64,000 bases of DNA from an uncultured Holophagales bacterium. Its GTDB lineage: Bacteria > Acidobacteriota > Thermoanaerobaculia > Multivoradales > UBA5704. The stretch covers positions 56,607 through 120,606 of the forward strand of contig CAVUHL010000002.1 in assembly GCA_963741305.1 (NCBI GenBank), read 5' to 3'. Below are positions 20,543 through 31,394 of this stretch, piece by piece. The notes under the pieces are model-generated. The model searched no databases and was not told where the DNA came from. It worked only from the letters and a program-made list of their open reading frames with translations. Each line of letters opens with the position of its first letter. Position 1 is the stretch's first letter. Both the position numbers and the translations under genes were made by a program.

Positions 20543-20645
20543 CCGTAGCGTAGCACCTAGTCCACAATCAGGAGCCGGCGGCAACCAGGGCTCTCGGTCG
20601 CATTGCGAAATTCTGCCCCGAACCCCGGCGTAGCTTTCGCAAGTT

Positions 20646-21695
20646 TCAGATCAACCCGCGCGCCGAGAGCTCGTCCTTCAGATAGGCGTAATAGATCGGC
20701 GCGGCGATCAGGCCGGCGATTCCGAAGGCGGATTCCATGGCGAGCATCACCAGCAGCAGCTCCCAGGCGCGGGCCTTGATCTCGGTGCCCACGATCCGCG
20801 CGTTGACGAAATATTCGAGCTTGTGGATTACCACCAGGAAGGTCAGGGAGCCGAGCGCGGCGCCGAGCGAATGGGAAAGGCTGACGACCACGATAGCCGT
20901 GTTGGAAATCAGGTTGCCGACCACCGGCAGTAACCCGGCGAGAAAGGTGATGGCGATCAGGGACTTGGTGAACGGCAGCCGGACTCCGAGCAGGGGAAGC
21001 ACCGCCAACAGGTAGATGCTGGTCAGGATCGTGTTGAGCAACGAGATGCGCACCTGGGCGAAGACGATCCGCCGGAAGGCATTGCCGAGCCGGTCGGCCC
21101 GCTCGGTCAGCGCCTCCGAAAGCGGCGCCCGGCGCGCCACCGGCCGTGCCTCCTGGAGAGCCACCATGGCGCCGATGATCATCCCGATCAGCGCATGGAT
21201 GAAGGTCCGTCCGAGCTCGGCGCCGAAGGTCTGCAGCGCCCCTGCATGCTCGCGGAGCCAGGCGGCCCCTTCGGTCCTCAGCTCGTCCGCATTGGTGGGC
21301 AGCTCGCGGGTGACCCACAGGGGAAGGAACTCTCTGGAGCTCTCGAGGACGTCGGCCATCTTGGCCAGGAGAGCGGGCAGATTGCCCTGGTCGCTGCGGA
21401 AGAACGCGATGCCGCCGACGATGGACAGGGTCAGCCCGGAGACGATGACGACGGCGAGGATCGCGACGGCCACGACCTTCCCGTGCTCGCGCGGGCCGCG
21501 GATGAACCGCAGCTTTCGCGCCAGGATGTGCACCAGCTCATAGACCGCGAGCCCACCCACCAGAGCGGCGAGAAGGCCCAACTGGAGCACAAGGAACAGG
21601 CCCAGGCCGGCAAGGATCCAGGAGGTGATCTCAGACCCCGAAGGCCTGGGGCGAGGGTCAGGGAGCGGCAGTGGCGTCAGCGGCGCTGCATTCAT
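20646..21695 (-). CDS. AI-2E family transporter (PerM-like permease)
   Basis: ORF 20646..21758; the likely start is ATG 21695 (MNAAPLTPL). It is a multi-pass membrane protein with a conserved C-terminal pattern (FLVVIHKLEYFVNARIVG...GIAGLIAAPIY). Confidence 0.7.
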   Translation of the reverse strand: MNAAPLTPLPLPDPRPRPSGSEITSWILAGLGLFLVLQLGLLAALVGGLAVYELVHILARKLRFIRGPREHGKVVAVAILAVVIVSGLTLSIVGGIAFFRSDQGNLPALLAKMADVLESSREFLPLWVTRELPTNADELRTEGAAWLREHAGALQTFGAELGRTFIHALIGMIIGAMVALQEARPVARRAPLSEALTERADRLGNAFRRIVFAQVRISLLNTILTSIYLLAVLPLLGVRLPFTKSLIAITFLAGLLPVVGNLISNTAIVVVSLSHSLGAALGSLTFLVVIHKLEYFVNARIVGTEIKARAWELLLVMLAMESAFGIAGLIAAPIYYAYLKDELSARGLI

Positions 21696-21864
21696 GGAGG
21701 TTGTCTCGTCATGCCTTTCAGCGCCTACAATACAGTATCTCGCGCTCAGGCAAACCATCGCCCTGGGAGCGCCAGTGGGCCGCCGGCGCTCCCAGGGCTC
21801 CAGCGAGTAGGGGCGGCCCTATGTGGCCCCGGGGCTTCTCCGGCTGCGGCGCAGCGCCCAGGGC

Positions 21865-21892
21865 TTGACAACAGTAGCCCAGGAGCTACACT
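21865..21892 (+). promoter_or_regulatory. candidate sigma70 promoter for the toxin-antitoxin pair
   Basis: TTGACA (21865-21870), a 16-nt spacer, then TACACT (21887-21892). The GTG start at 21899 would make the mRNA nearly leaderless. Confidence 0.35.
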
Positions 21893-21898
21893 TGGTAG

Positions 21899-22192
21899 GT
21901 GCGTGTCGAGAAGACTGACGTCTACGGCAAGTGGATTGACACGCTGAAGGATCGCACAGGACGGGCACGGATCCTGGTTCGCGTTGATCGCTTGATCCAA
22001 GGTAATCCAGGCCAGCACAGAGATCTGACCGATGGCGTGTCTGAACTGAAGATCGACTTCGGACCTGGATACCGCGTCTACTACACGCAACGAGGAACAC
22101 GGCTTCTGCTGCTCCTCGCGGGCGGCGACAAGTCAACACAGCAGAAAGACATCGCACTGGCGATCGAATTGGCAAAAAACTTTCAGGAGTAG
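21899..22192 (+). CDS. type II toxin, addiction-module killer protein (RelE/ParE superfamily, HigB-like)
   Basis: 97-aa ORF: YGKWIDTLKDRTGRARILVRVDRLIQGNPGQHRDLTDGVSELKIDFGPGYRVYY, the killer-protein family pattern. Confidence 0.8.
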   Translation: MRVEKTDVYGKWIDTLKDRTGRARILVRVDRLIQGNPGQHRDLTDGVSELKIDFGPGYRVYYTQRGTRLLLLLAGGDKSTQQKDIALAIELAKNFQE

Positions 22193-22199
22193 CACGGCT

Positions 22200-22511
22200 A
22201 TGCCTAAGACCGCAGCAAAGAAGCCAACCAAGACCACGCCATACGATGTTGCGGAGCACCTGCGTACTCCCGAAGAGATGGCCGCCTACCTAGACGCTTG
22301 GCTCCAAGAGGCGCCAGACGACGCAGCCGGTATTGCCAGGGCGCTCGGTAACATTGCCCGAGCCAAGGGCATGACTCAAGTCGCCAAGGATGCCGGCCTG
22401 AGCCGTGAGAGCCTCTATCGCGCTCTCAGCGCTGAAGGAAATCCGAGCTTTTCCACAGTACTGAAGGTCGCGAGAGCACTCGGGCTCAAGCTGCACGCGG
22501 AGGCAGCCTGA
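22200..22511 (+). CDS. addiction-module antidote protein (HigA-family HTH antitoxin)
   Basis: 103-aa ORF starting 8 nt after the toxin stop. It contains DVAEHLRTPEEMAAYLDAWL...IARAKGMTQVAKDAGLSRESLYRALS. Confidence 0.8.
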   Translation: MPKTAAKKPTKTTPYDVAEHLRTPEEMAAYLDAWLQEAPDDAAGIARALGNIARAKGMTQVAKDAGLSRESLYRALSAEGNPSFSTVLKVARALGLKLHAEAA

Positions 22512-22515
22512 TCCT

Positions 22516-23262
22516 ATGCGGATCGCCGCACTCTACGACATTCATGGCAACCTCCCCGCACTGGAGGCCGTGCTCCAGGAGATCCGTCAAGCTGAGGTCG
22601 ATCAGGTGGTTGTCGGGGGAGATGTCATCCCGGGTCCGATGCCGCGCGAGACCCTCGCATGCTTGCGGGACCTCGACATTCCCGTACAGTTCCTCCAAGG
22701 CAATGGCGACCGGGAGGTGCTTGCCCTGAGGGCAGAGACGGAGACAGGAGCCGTCCCGGAGCTGTTCCGAGAGGTCATGAGCTGGAACGCGGAGCAGCTC
22801 GATCCTGAACACGAGCGGTGGATCGCCGGCTGGCCTGGAATGCTCCGTATCGAGATCCGCGGGTTGGGCGAGGTGCTGTTCTGCCATGCCACGCCGCGGA
22901 ATGACACGGAGATCTTTACCCGTCTCACACCGGAAGACCGCCTCCTCCCCGTCTTTGCAGGGTTCGATGTGCCTTTGGTGATCTGCGGTCACACCCACAT
23001 GCAGTTTGACCGGATGATCGGAGAGGTTCGAGTTGTGAATGCAGGCAGTGTGGGGATGCCGTTTGGGGAACCAGGCGCCTATTGGCTTTTACTTGGACCC
23101 GGCGTTCAGCTACGGCGTACTCCTTACGATCTTGAGAAAGCCGCCGAGCGCATTCGAGGCACGAAGTATCCACAAGCCGAAGCGTTTACGGCACACAACG
23201 TCCTGCAGCCGCCATCGGAGGGAGAGGTCCTCGAAGCTTTCACCCGGGCTCAACTGAAATAA
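22516..23262 (+). CDS. metallophosphoesterase
   Basis: Motifs LYDIHGN, GGDVI, GNGDRE and CGHTH appear in the canonical order. Confidence 0.8.
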   Translation: MRIAALYDIHGNLPALEAVLQEIRQAEVDQVVVGGDVIPGPMPRETLACLRDLDIPVQFLQGNGDREVLALRAETETGAVPELFREVMSWNAEQLDPEHERWIAGWPGMLRIEIRGLGEVLFCHATPRNDTEIFTRLTPEDRLLPVFAGFDVPLVICGHTHMQFDRMIGEVRVVNAGSVGMPFGEPGAYWLLLGPGVQLRRTPYDLEKAAERIRGTKYPQAEAFTAHNVLQPPSEGEVLEAFTRAQLK

Positions 23263-23429
23263 GAGGGAATGCCCGCCTTGCTCCGCCCTACGAAGCGAGA
23301 CACCTTGTCCCGGCGAGCTTGCCGAGGCGCCAAGCCTATAGCCCGTTAGCGGTTGCCATCTGGAGTCCATGATGGTAGCATTCCGGCAATAAAGGTGTCA
23401 AGGCTTCAGGATTAGACAAGGAGAGCACG

Positions 23430-24604
23430 GTGAAATATAAGGCCTTGGTTATGCCGTTGTTGTTGGTCTTTGGCCTGCCTGTAACCTCGATTCCGGCTTT
23501 TGCTATTTCGAGATCAACAAGCGACCGGCCAGACGATGCTGCTGGCAGTCAGATTCACTTCATGTATGTGGTGCCCAGCGACGGGGTTGACCGCGCGCTA
23601 GACACCAATGGTACGCTTGAAACATCTGATCTCTGCCATAGAGCAATGGTTCAGCGCGGAAAGCAGAGGCCTTCAGCCTCGGCTCGATCGTTTTCAAGGA
23701 TCAGTTGATGTTACATTCCATAGGCTGAATCGGACTGAATCCCAGATGGCTAGCTTTAACGCATTTATTCGCAATGAGCTCGAAGCGGAGCTCATCCGAG
23801 CAGGCTTCAATTCGCCGAACAAGATTTATGCTGTTTACTACGATGGGCGAAGCACAACTTCCTGCGGAAGCGGCTTCTGGCCACCTACAATTCCTGGTAA
23901 GGTTGTGGCTCAGTACCTGAAGGGGAGAGGTGCAAGGGTTCCGCCCTTGTTCTGCAAACCAGTTTGCTTCCTCCCCTTCCAGCCCCGGTTACTGGGAGTT
24001 TGGCATGCTTCACGAAATTTTCCATGGGCTGGGGGCAGTCGCCATATGTGCACCTCACCACACGCTAGCCGGACATGTTGCGGATGACCCAAGAGATCTC
24101 ATGTATGCGGGCAACGAACCGTGGCGGCCATCGATCCTCGACATCAATAACGATGACTACTTCGCACATGGTCGATCCGGTTGCCTGGATCTCGAAGACA
24201 GCTCGTTCCTCTCGCGTGGCGCGAGCGGGTCTTGTATACCAACCTCCACGGTCTTGTGCATTGATGGCCAGCCGGGCGACAAGAGGTTCAGGGTTGATGT
24301 AAGATTCCGGACATCCAGCATCTCAGGTGAAGGCAAGGCAATTCCTTTGGCGAATCTCGGCATCAGTCAAGGAGGTATCTTCTGGTTTTTTTCGCAGGAC
24401 AACCCTGAGCTTTTGGTCAAGGTGCTTGATGCTTGCGCCTTTAACAGCTCATTCTGGGTTTTCTATTCAGCCGGCACAGATGTAGAGCTGACCCTTATCG
24501 TCAGGACACAATCACGGGGAGAACCAAGCTATACCACAACGATCTGGGTGTGGCTGCTGCTCCGGTACAGGATACTGCCGCCTTTCCTTGTCACTGAAGA
24601 CTGA
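23430..24604 (+). CDS. secreted HExxH metalloprotease-like protein, split into three ORF pieces
   Basis: ORFs 23430..23708 (signal peptide), 23608..24087 and 23930..24604 (HEIFHGLG) are consecutive pieces. The C-terminal FWFFSQDNPELLVKVLDAC...FWVF...TDVELTL domain is frame-broken again near its end. Confidence 0.5.
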
Positions 24605-24690
24605 ACAGCGGCTGGAAAGGCGAGACCCTCGAAGCCTTCGCACGGGCCCGAGTTGAATTGAAGGGGCAGGGTGGCCCTATTCGGTCACCA

Positions 24691-25134
24691 TCACTGCATC
24701 GCCGGGAGTGGGTTGTCCTCCCGCTCGTTGTCCCAGATCATGGACATCACCCACCAGCGGTCGCCATCGTGGAAGAGTTGGATGCTGTTGGTGCCGCGCA
24801 GGAACGGTTCCCCGTGGGGCTCGCGGCGGCCCTCATAGTTGCTCCAGACGTGGGCCATGTTGCCGAAGCGGTCGATGCGTTGCGCCACTTCGACCTCCCA
24901 GAAGTCATTGGCGGCGAAGAAGGGGGACCGCGAGGCGATATAGCCCTCGGTGTCGAACACCTCGATGGTCCCGCCACCCGTCGGGCCGGGCCGGGTGGGC
25001 ATCAGCCGCCCCTCAGGGTGGAACAGGGTACGCTCGCGCTCCCAGTCCCGCTCGCCGGCAGGCCCCGAGATCACCTCGTACATCGCCCTGAGGATCCCTT
25101 CGATGGTCTCCACGTCCTCCCGTCTCGCTTTCAT
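24691..25134 (-). CDS. NTF2-like (SnoaL/DUF4440-type) protein
   Basis: 147-aa ORF. Size and pattern (IEGILRAMYEVISG...HVWSNYE...QLFHDGDRWWVMSMIWD) fit the fold. Confidence 0.5.
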   Translation of the reverse strand: MKARREDVETIEGILRAMYEVISGPAGERDWERERTLFHPEGRLMPTRPGPTGGGTIEVFDTEGYIASRSPFFAANDFWEVEVAQRIDRFGNMAHVWSNYEGRREPHGEPFLRGTNSIQLFHDGDRWWVMSMIWDNEREDNPLPAMQ

Positions 25135-25287
25135 TTCAATCCTCTCTCATCCAAGATTTTGAACATCTATTGCGGCCCCCTGGGATGCAACAACCCGGCA
25201 AGCGACGGTTGACATTTCCACTCTTTTTACCTTACCCTCCTAGAGCCTTCTACTTGTCTTGCAAGATTGTAAGGTGGGGGTCATAAG

Positions 25288-25485
25288 GTGGAGATTATTA
25301 TGAAGAACGTGAAAGTGCGCGCATTTACCGCTTCTGTGGACTACAGCGATACCGAGAGAGGGGCAATAGAAGAGAGCTTCCCCGTCTACGCCCCCGACTA
25401 TCCTGCTGCCAAGGATATCGCCTTGAGCTACATCCTCCAAGTCCTCAAGCTCCAAGACTTCGAGATGCGAATCGTCGGAGCCTAG
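25288..25485 (+). CDS. hypothetical small protein
   Basis: 65-aa ORF in an AT-richer stretch; no family recognised. Confidence 0.3.
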   Translation: MEIIMKNVKVRAFTASVDYSDTERGAIEESFPVYAPDYPAAKDIALSYILQVLKLQDFEMRIVGA

Positions 25486-25509
25486 GTCCGGCTCCGAGTC
25501 GAGCGCCAC

Positions 25510-25798
25510 ATGATCAAGGCAGCGCTCGACTACTCCAAGCTCGCCGGGATCTATGGTCTGCATGGACAACTCCATCGGGATGCTGGCCGTGCTCCGGCGA
25601 AAGCTCCGCGAGCTCGGCCTGCGCACACCTCTGGTCTGCGCCGACGCTTGCCGGCTGCCCTTCCAGGGTTGCTTCCCTTGGGTCATCCTGCCGTTTCAGG
25701 GCTTCACCGAGCTCGCTACTTCGGAGGACCAACTCGCCGCCCTCCTCGACGAGGGCCCGAGCCCCGCGATCATCGCCATCCTTGAGAAGGCCGCCTGA
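25510..25798 (+). pseudogene. class I SAM-dependent methyltransferase remnant
   Basis: ORFs 25510..25785 and 25553..25798 give only a short methyltransferase-like segment (VCADACRLPFQGCFPWVILPFQGFTEL). It is too short to be a full enzyme. Confidence 0.35.
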
Positions 25799-25841
25799 GG
25801 CATTTCGGCTGAGCCCTCGGACCTCATGATTGGAGACTGAA

Positions 25842-27251
25842 GTGACAAGAACAGCACGTTTACTCCTACTCCTTTCCTTACTGTCGCCCTCTCCAGTATC
25901 TCCCCAATCCAGCCGAGAGAGCGTGCCAACCTTAGTCATCAAGGGCGGAACCCTCATTGACGTACACACCGGCCACCAGGTTACCAACAGCCTCATTGTC
26001 GTTGAAGGCAACCGAATCACGCAGGTTGGGCGAGAGTCTGACATCGTGGTGCCGCGGGATGCTCAGGTAATTGATGCCCACGATAAATGGATTATCCCTG
26101 GGTTGATGGATATGCACGCTCACGTCTCGGGAGTGAAGAATCTCCCCTTCGAGTTGTATCTTGCCAATGGAGTCACGACGATTCGGGACCCGGGCGGCAA
26201 CTTGACTCTCCTGCGACTGGCTCACCAAGAGATTGAGTCGGGCAAGAGGCTTGGCCCAAGACTTTTTTTCTCCGGCTACGTACTCGATGGGAATCCGCCG
26301 CTTTGGCCCGAGATCAGCTTGATTGCCGATACGCCGGAGCGAGCCGAGAGCGCCGTCAATTTCCTGATCGATCAAGGCGTTGATTCTGTCAAGATCTACA
26401 ATAGCATTACCGAACCGGTCCTGACAGCGATTGTTCGCACCGCCCACCGGCGCGGCATCCCTGTCATAGGACATGTGCCTCGCTCGATGACGATGACGAG
26501 AGCCGTGGAACTAGGCATGGATGGCCTCGAGCATATCCGAGTGACGGGCAGGGAGCTCTTGCCTCTGGAGGAATCTGACAAAATCGACTTCCTGCCTTTT
26601 GTCCAACGTGAGGCGCTGCTCTGGCAAAGATTCGAGCTCGATTCGGACAAGATGAGGGAGCTGGTCACCCTCTTGGCCGAGAGGAAGACTATTCTGGGCC
26701 CGACTCTGGTTGTGGACGAGCTCAGCTCGCTTGCGCTGTATGAGGAACAGGCCCGAGACCCGAACAATCGTTACCTGTCACGCGAGTCGTTCACCAGTGA
26801 CGCCGAGGCGGCGCCCGCAGTATTCAGACTCCCCCCCGAGTTGAAAGACGCCGCGGCCGCAGGATTCAGAAAAAGGCTGCAGTTCATCGGCATGTGCGGC
26901 CGCGCTGGGGTGCAGATCATAGCCGGGACGGATGGTGTAGGGGAGGGGAAGTTGCTTCCCGGCTTCGGCCTCCTGTACGAGCTCGAATTGCTGGCGCAAG
27001 CAGGGCTGACTCCGATTCAGGTGATCCAGGCGGCGACGATCAACGCGGCGCGGGCGCTGAGGAAGGACGCAGAGCTCGGGAGCGTCGAGGCAGGCAAGCT
27101 TGCGGATCTGGTGATCCTGAGCTCCAGCCCGCTCGTCGATATTCGCAATACATCGAAAATAGACGGGGTCATGACAGGGGGGCGCCTGCTGGACAGGAAC
27201 GATCTCGATACAATGCTCGCGCAAGCAGAGACCGCAGCGAAGAAGAACTGA
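25842..27251 (+). CDS. secreted amidohydrolase family protein
   Basis: ORF 25830..27251; the likely start is GTG 25842, preceded by GGAG, giving a signal peptide. Contains IDVHTGH and GLMDMHAHV metal-binding motifs. Confidence 0.8.
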   Translation: MTRTARLLLLLSLLSPSPVSPQSSRESVPTLVIKGGTLIDVHTGHQVTNSLIVVEGNRITQVGRESDIVVPRDAQVIDAHDKWIIPGLMDMHAHVSGVKNLPFELYLANGVTTIRDPGGNLTLLRLAHQEIESGKRLGPRLFFSGYVLDGNPPLWPEISLIADTPERAESAVNFLIDQGVDSVKIYNSITEPVLTAIVRTAHRRGIPVIGHVPRSMTMTRAVELGMDGLEHIRVTGRELLPLEESDKIDFLPFVQREALLWQRFELDSDKMRELVTLLAERKTILGPTLVVDELSSLALYEEQARDPNNRYLSRESFTSDAEAAPAVFRLPPELKDAAAAGFRKRLQFIGMCGRAGVQIIAGTDGVGEGKLLPGFGLLYELELLAQAGLTPIQVIQAATINAARALRKDAELGSVEAGKLADLVILSSSPLVDIRNTSKIDGVMTGGRLLDRNDLDTMLAQAETAAKKN

Positions 27252-27306
27252 CTTGCCCCTCACGGATATATTCAGGGTAGGATTCTCCCAACTCGGAGAT
27301 CCTTCC

Positions 27307-27937
27307 ATGGATGACAGCGCGCCTCCGCGCCCTTCCGCAGCTCCCGGCGAGCCGGGAGACGTGACCACGCTCCTCGGCCGGGCGCGGGCCGGCGATGGCG
27401 CGGCGTCGGACGAGATCTTCGCCCAGCTTTACCAGCAGCTCCACGGCCTGGCGCGCGCGCAGCTCGCGTCCCGGGGGGCGGCCCGGAGCGACGCTGGACA
27501 CCACCTCGCTCGTCCATGAGGCCTACCTGCGCCTGGCGAGCCCCGAGGCGCTCAGCGCCGAGAACCGGGCGCATTTCTTCAACCTCGCGGCGCGGGTGAT
27601 GCGGCACGTCATCGTCGACTTCGCCCGCCGGCGAGACGCCGAGAAGCGCGGCGGTGGCGCGGTGAAGGTCGGCCTCGACGAGGTCGGAGAGTTGGCCTGG
27701 CAGGAGGCGGAGCTCCCGGCCGATTTGCTGGCCCTCGACGGGGCTCTCTCCGAGCTGGAGCGCAGCAGCGCCGACCTCGCCCGCTTGGTGGAGCTCCGCT
27801 TCTTCGCCGGCCTCCCCCTCGAAGAGATCAGCGGCCTCCTCGGCCGCAGCGAACGCTCCCTCAAGCGCGACTGGCGCCGCGCCCGCGCGTTCCTCCTGGC
27901 CCGGCTCGGAGGCGCCGCCCTGCCTGCCCTCGACTGA
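27307..27937 (+). CDS. ECF-type RNA polymerase sigma factor (Ser/Thr-kinase-associated subgroup), frame broken once
   Basis: ORF 27253..27519 (VTTLLGRARAGDGAASDEIFAQLYQQLHGLARAQL) continues in ORF 27395..27937 (SLVHEAYLRL...ARLVELRFFAGLPLEEISGLLGRSERSLKRDW). Confidence 0.75.
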
Positions 27938-28050
27938 ACCGCCGTTGGCCCCGTTTTTCTCTCCCCCGCGCATCCCTCGGTGAAGGCCAAAAAAGCGTCG
28001 CCCCGGGATGATCCGGGGCAGATCCACCTTGAGGAGCGGAGGAGAGGACC

Positions 28051-31000
28051 ATGAAGAATCAACACAACAACCGGGTGCGGCGGGCGGGATGGTGGCTGGT
28101 GCTCGCCTGCCTCGCGAGCGCTACGGCGTTCGCCGCCGAGCCGAGGTATGAGGTGCGCCTGCTCGGAAACACCTTCACGCCAAAGGCCGGCGTATCGGCT
28201 GGCGCGGTGAAACAACTCTCGGACCGGGCTGGCTCCTTGCAGAAGAAAGGCCGCGGCTCGGTGCACGCCCTGGTGCAGCTCTACCAGGTGCCCGACGACA
28301 GCGAAAGGGCCGATCTCTTGCGCTCCGGGCTCGATCTCGGCGCCTTCGTCCCCGGCAATGCCTGGATCGCCGCGATTCCCGCCGGGCTGGTGAAGGCCTC
28401 TGTGAGCCGGCCAGAGATCCGCTGGATGACGCCCTGGACGGCGGACCGCAAGCTGCATCCGCGGCTGCGCGCAGGCAAGGTTGGAAAATCGGCGCGCCAT
28501 CCCGAGCATCCGGATTGGATCATGACCATGGTGCTCCTGCATCACGATGTGGACCTCTCACGCGGCGCCGGGTTGGCCGAAGCGGTCGGCGGCGTCGCCA
28601 TGAATCCGGTCGAAGGGATTCACGGCTTGACGATCTGGCTGCCGGAGAGCAAGCTGGCGGCGCTCGCGGACGAGGAGGAGGTCCTTTGGATCGAGGAGGG
28701 ACCGCTCCCTCTCTCGCCGGGCAACAATGGCGCCCGCAGCCAGATGAAGGCCGACGCGATGGCGGTTTCCCCGTACGACCTCGGCGGCAAAGGGGTGAAG
28801 CTCTTCATTTATGACGGCGGACGGGCGCGGCCGACCCATGAGACGTTCGATCCCGGCGACGGCAGCGGCTCCCGGTTGACCACGATCGACACCGCGCTCT
28901 TCGACGATCACGCGACCCACGTCGCCGGCACCGCGGCGGAGACGGAGCGCCTCCACCGACGATCGCGGGCGCGGCGTGGCGACCGACGCCACCATCTTCT
29001 CCGCCGGCTACGAGCGGACTCGGCGGCACCATGCTGTTCTGGGACAACGCCGGCGACATCGAGGCCGACTACGCCCTGGCCCGCAGACACTCACGACGCC
29101 GACCTCGGCACCAACTCGATCGGCAGCAACACCGCCAGCAACGGCTACGCCTGCGCCCGTGAGGGCGACTACGGAACGCGTCCGAACCTGCTCGACGGCA
29201 TCGTGCGCGGCGACAACGCCATGGTCGGCAGCCCGATGATCATGACCTGGGCCAACGGCAACGAGGGGACGGCGGCACCATGTTCGCCGGCCGGTGCGGC
29301 GCCGAACTTCACACGACCACCGCGCCGCCCTCCTGCGCCAAGAACCCGATCCACATCGGCGCGCGTCAACTCCGACGGCGCGGCGATGACCGGCCTTCAG
29401 CAGCTGGGGTCCGTGCGACGACGGCCGCCTGAAGCCGGTGGTCGCCGGCCCGGCTGCGAGACCGGCCGGGTGAGCGGCGAGGCCGCCATCTCTCCTCGAA
29501 GGGCACCGCCAGCACCTCCTACGGCCTCTACTGCGGCACCTCGATGGCCACCCCGGCGCGGCCGGCGCTGGTCGCCTTGCTGATCGAGGACTGGCGCGCC
29601 CACGGGCCACGGCGGCGCTTCGACGCGAACGGCCGGCCGCGGCCCGCCTGGTCAAGGCGATGCTGGTCCACACCGCCCGCGACCTCGGGCGTCGACTGGC
29701 CCGGACTACCGGTACGGCTACGGCGTGGTCGACGCCAAGGCGCTGATCGACCTCCTGCGCGCCGGCACCGGCACGCTCGGCGGGCCGGCCCCAGCAACTG
29801 GGGCACCGACTCGATCACCAACGCCGCGTCACTGACTACTTCACTATCGACCGTGCCGGCCGGCACCGGCGAGCTCAAGGCCACGCTGGCCTGGGACGAC
29901 GCCGCGGCCGCGGCCTTCGCCGCCAACGCCCTGGTCAACAACCTCGACCTCGAGCTGGTCGCGCCGGACAGCACCATGCACCGGCCGTGGATCCTCGCCC
30001 GGCCAACCCCAGTTGCCGGCGACCACCGGCGTCAACGCCGTCGACAACCAGGAGCAGGTGCTGGTGAAGAACCCGACGCCGGCATCTGGACGGTGCGGGT
30101 GCTCGGCGCCAACGTAGCAGCGGGACCCAAGCCTACGGCCTGGTCTACACGGCGATGCCGCAGCAGTGGGAGGATCGGCCTGCACGACCACCGCCTCCGG
30201 CTTCGAGACCGACAACGACGGCTGGACGCTGACCGGCGCCACGCGCGTGGCCGCTCCGGCCCCCGGCCACGGCGCTTTCTCGATCAAATTCGGCGGCGCC
30301 GTCAACACCACCCACGAGATGCAAAAGACCGTCGCGCTGCCCCTGAACGCCAAGGCGACGTGGACCTTCTGGTGGTACATGACCACCAACGAGGGAGAGG
30401 ACGGCTGGGGCTACGACCAGTTCTACGCCGAGGTCCGCAACTCGTCCAACGCCGTGCTCGCCGTGGTCAACTACAGCAACGACGGCGACCTGCAGAGCAC
30501 CTGGCTGCCGCAGCGGAACATCGATCTCACCCCCTGGGCCGGCCAGACGGTGAAGCTGGTCTTCCACGGCAGCTCGGACCAGCTCTTGCCGACCACCTTC
30601 TGGATCGACGACGTGAAGGTGACGACCTGCCCGGCGGGCTCCGAGCAGATCCGCCTCTCGTTCGAATCGGGGGCTGTCCAGGACGGTTTCGTGATGGAAT
30701 CCACCGAGACGAGCAACGTGGGAGGCACCGCATACTCCAACAATCCGCCGATCTTCGGCCTGCCGGCCTCGTTCGTCGTCGGTGACAGCAGCAGCGACCA
30801 GCAGTTCAAAGGTTTCGTTTCTTTCGACACCTCGGCGATCCCCGATAGCGCAACCGTCGTCTGGGCTCGGCTGAGGATCCGGCGCACCACGTCGGAGGGC
30901 GTCAATCCCTTCACCACCCACGGCGCCTGCCGGGTGGACATCAAGACGGCAGCCTTCAACAACAACATCAGCCTCGAACCGGCGGACTTCCAGGCCCTCG

Positions 31001-31236
31001 CGACCGCCGACCTTGTCTCGGTTTGCAGCGATCCGCTCATCAGCGGCGGCTGGGCGTACGCCACGCTCAACAGCGCCGGCCTGGCGGCGATCAGCAAGAC
31101 CGGCTATACCCAACTACGGATCGGCTTCTTCCAGGGCGACGACGACGATCTGACGGCGGACGTGATCCGCTTCTCGGCCGGAGAGGAGGCCGTCAGCGGG
31201 TACAGGCCGCAGTTGGAGATCCTTTACTTGCCGTAG
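28051..31236 (+). CDS. secreted subtilisin-like (S8) peptidase with large C-terminal domain, heavily frame-broken
   Basis: ORF 28051..29583 has a signal peptide, the Asp region (KLFIYDGG) and DHATHVAGTAA. GTSMATP (catalytic Ser) lies near 29540 in another frame. ORF 30166..31236 supplies the C-terminal domain. There are several frame switches between 28950 and 30200. Confidence 0.7.
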
Positions 31237-31394
31237 GGGAATTCTTCGTAAACTGAAGCCGGCCATCGTGCCCTCTGCGACCTCACCCCCGGCCCCTCCT
31301 AAAGGAGAGGGGAGACAGGCCGCTTCTTAAGCCCCTCTCCTTTAGGAGAGGGGTCCTCTGGGGTGAGGTCGCACGGCAAGGAGACCCAAATCCC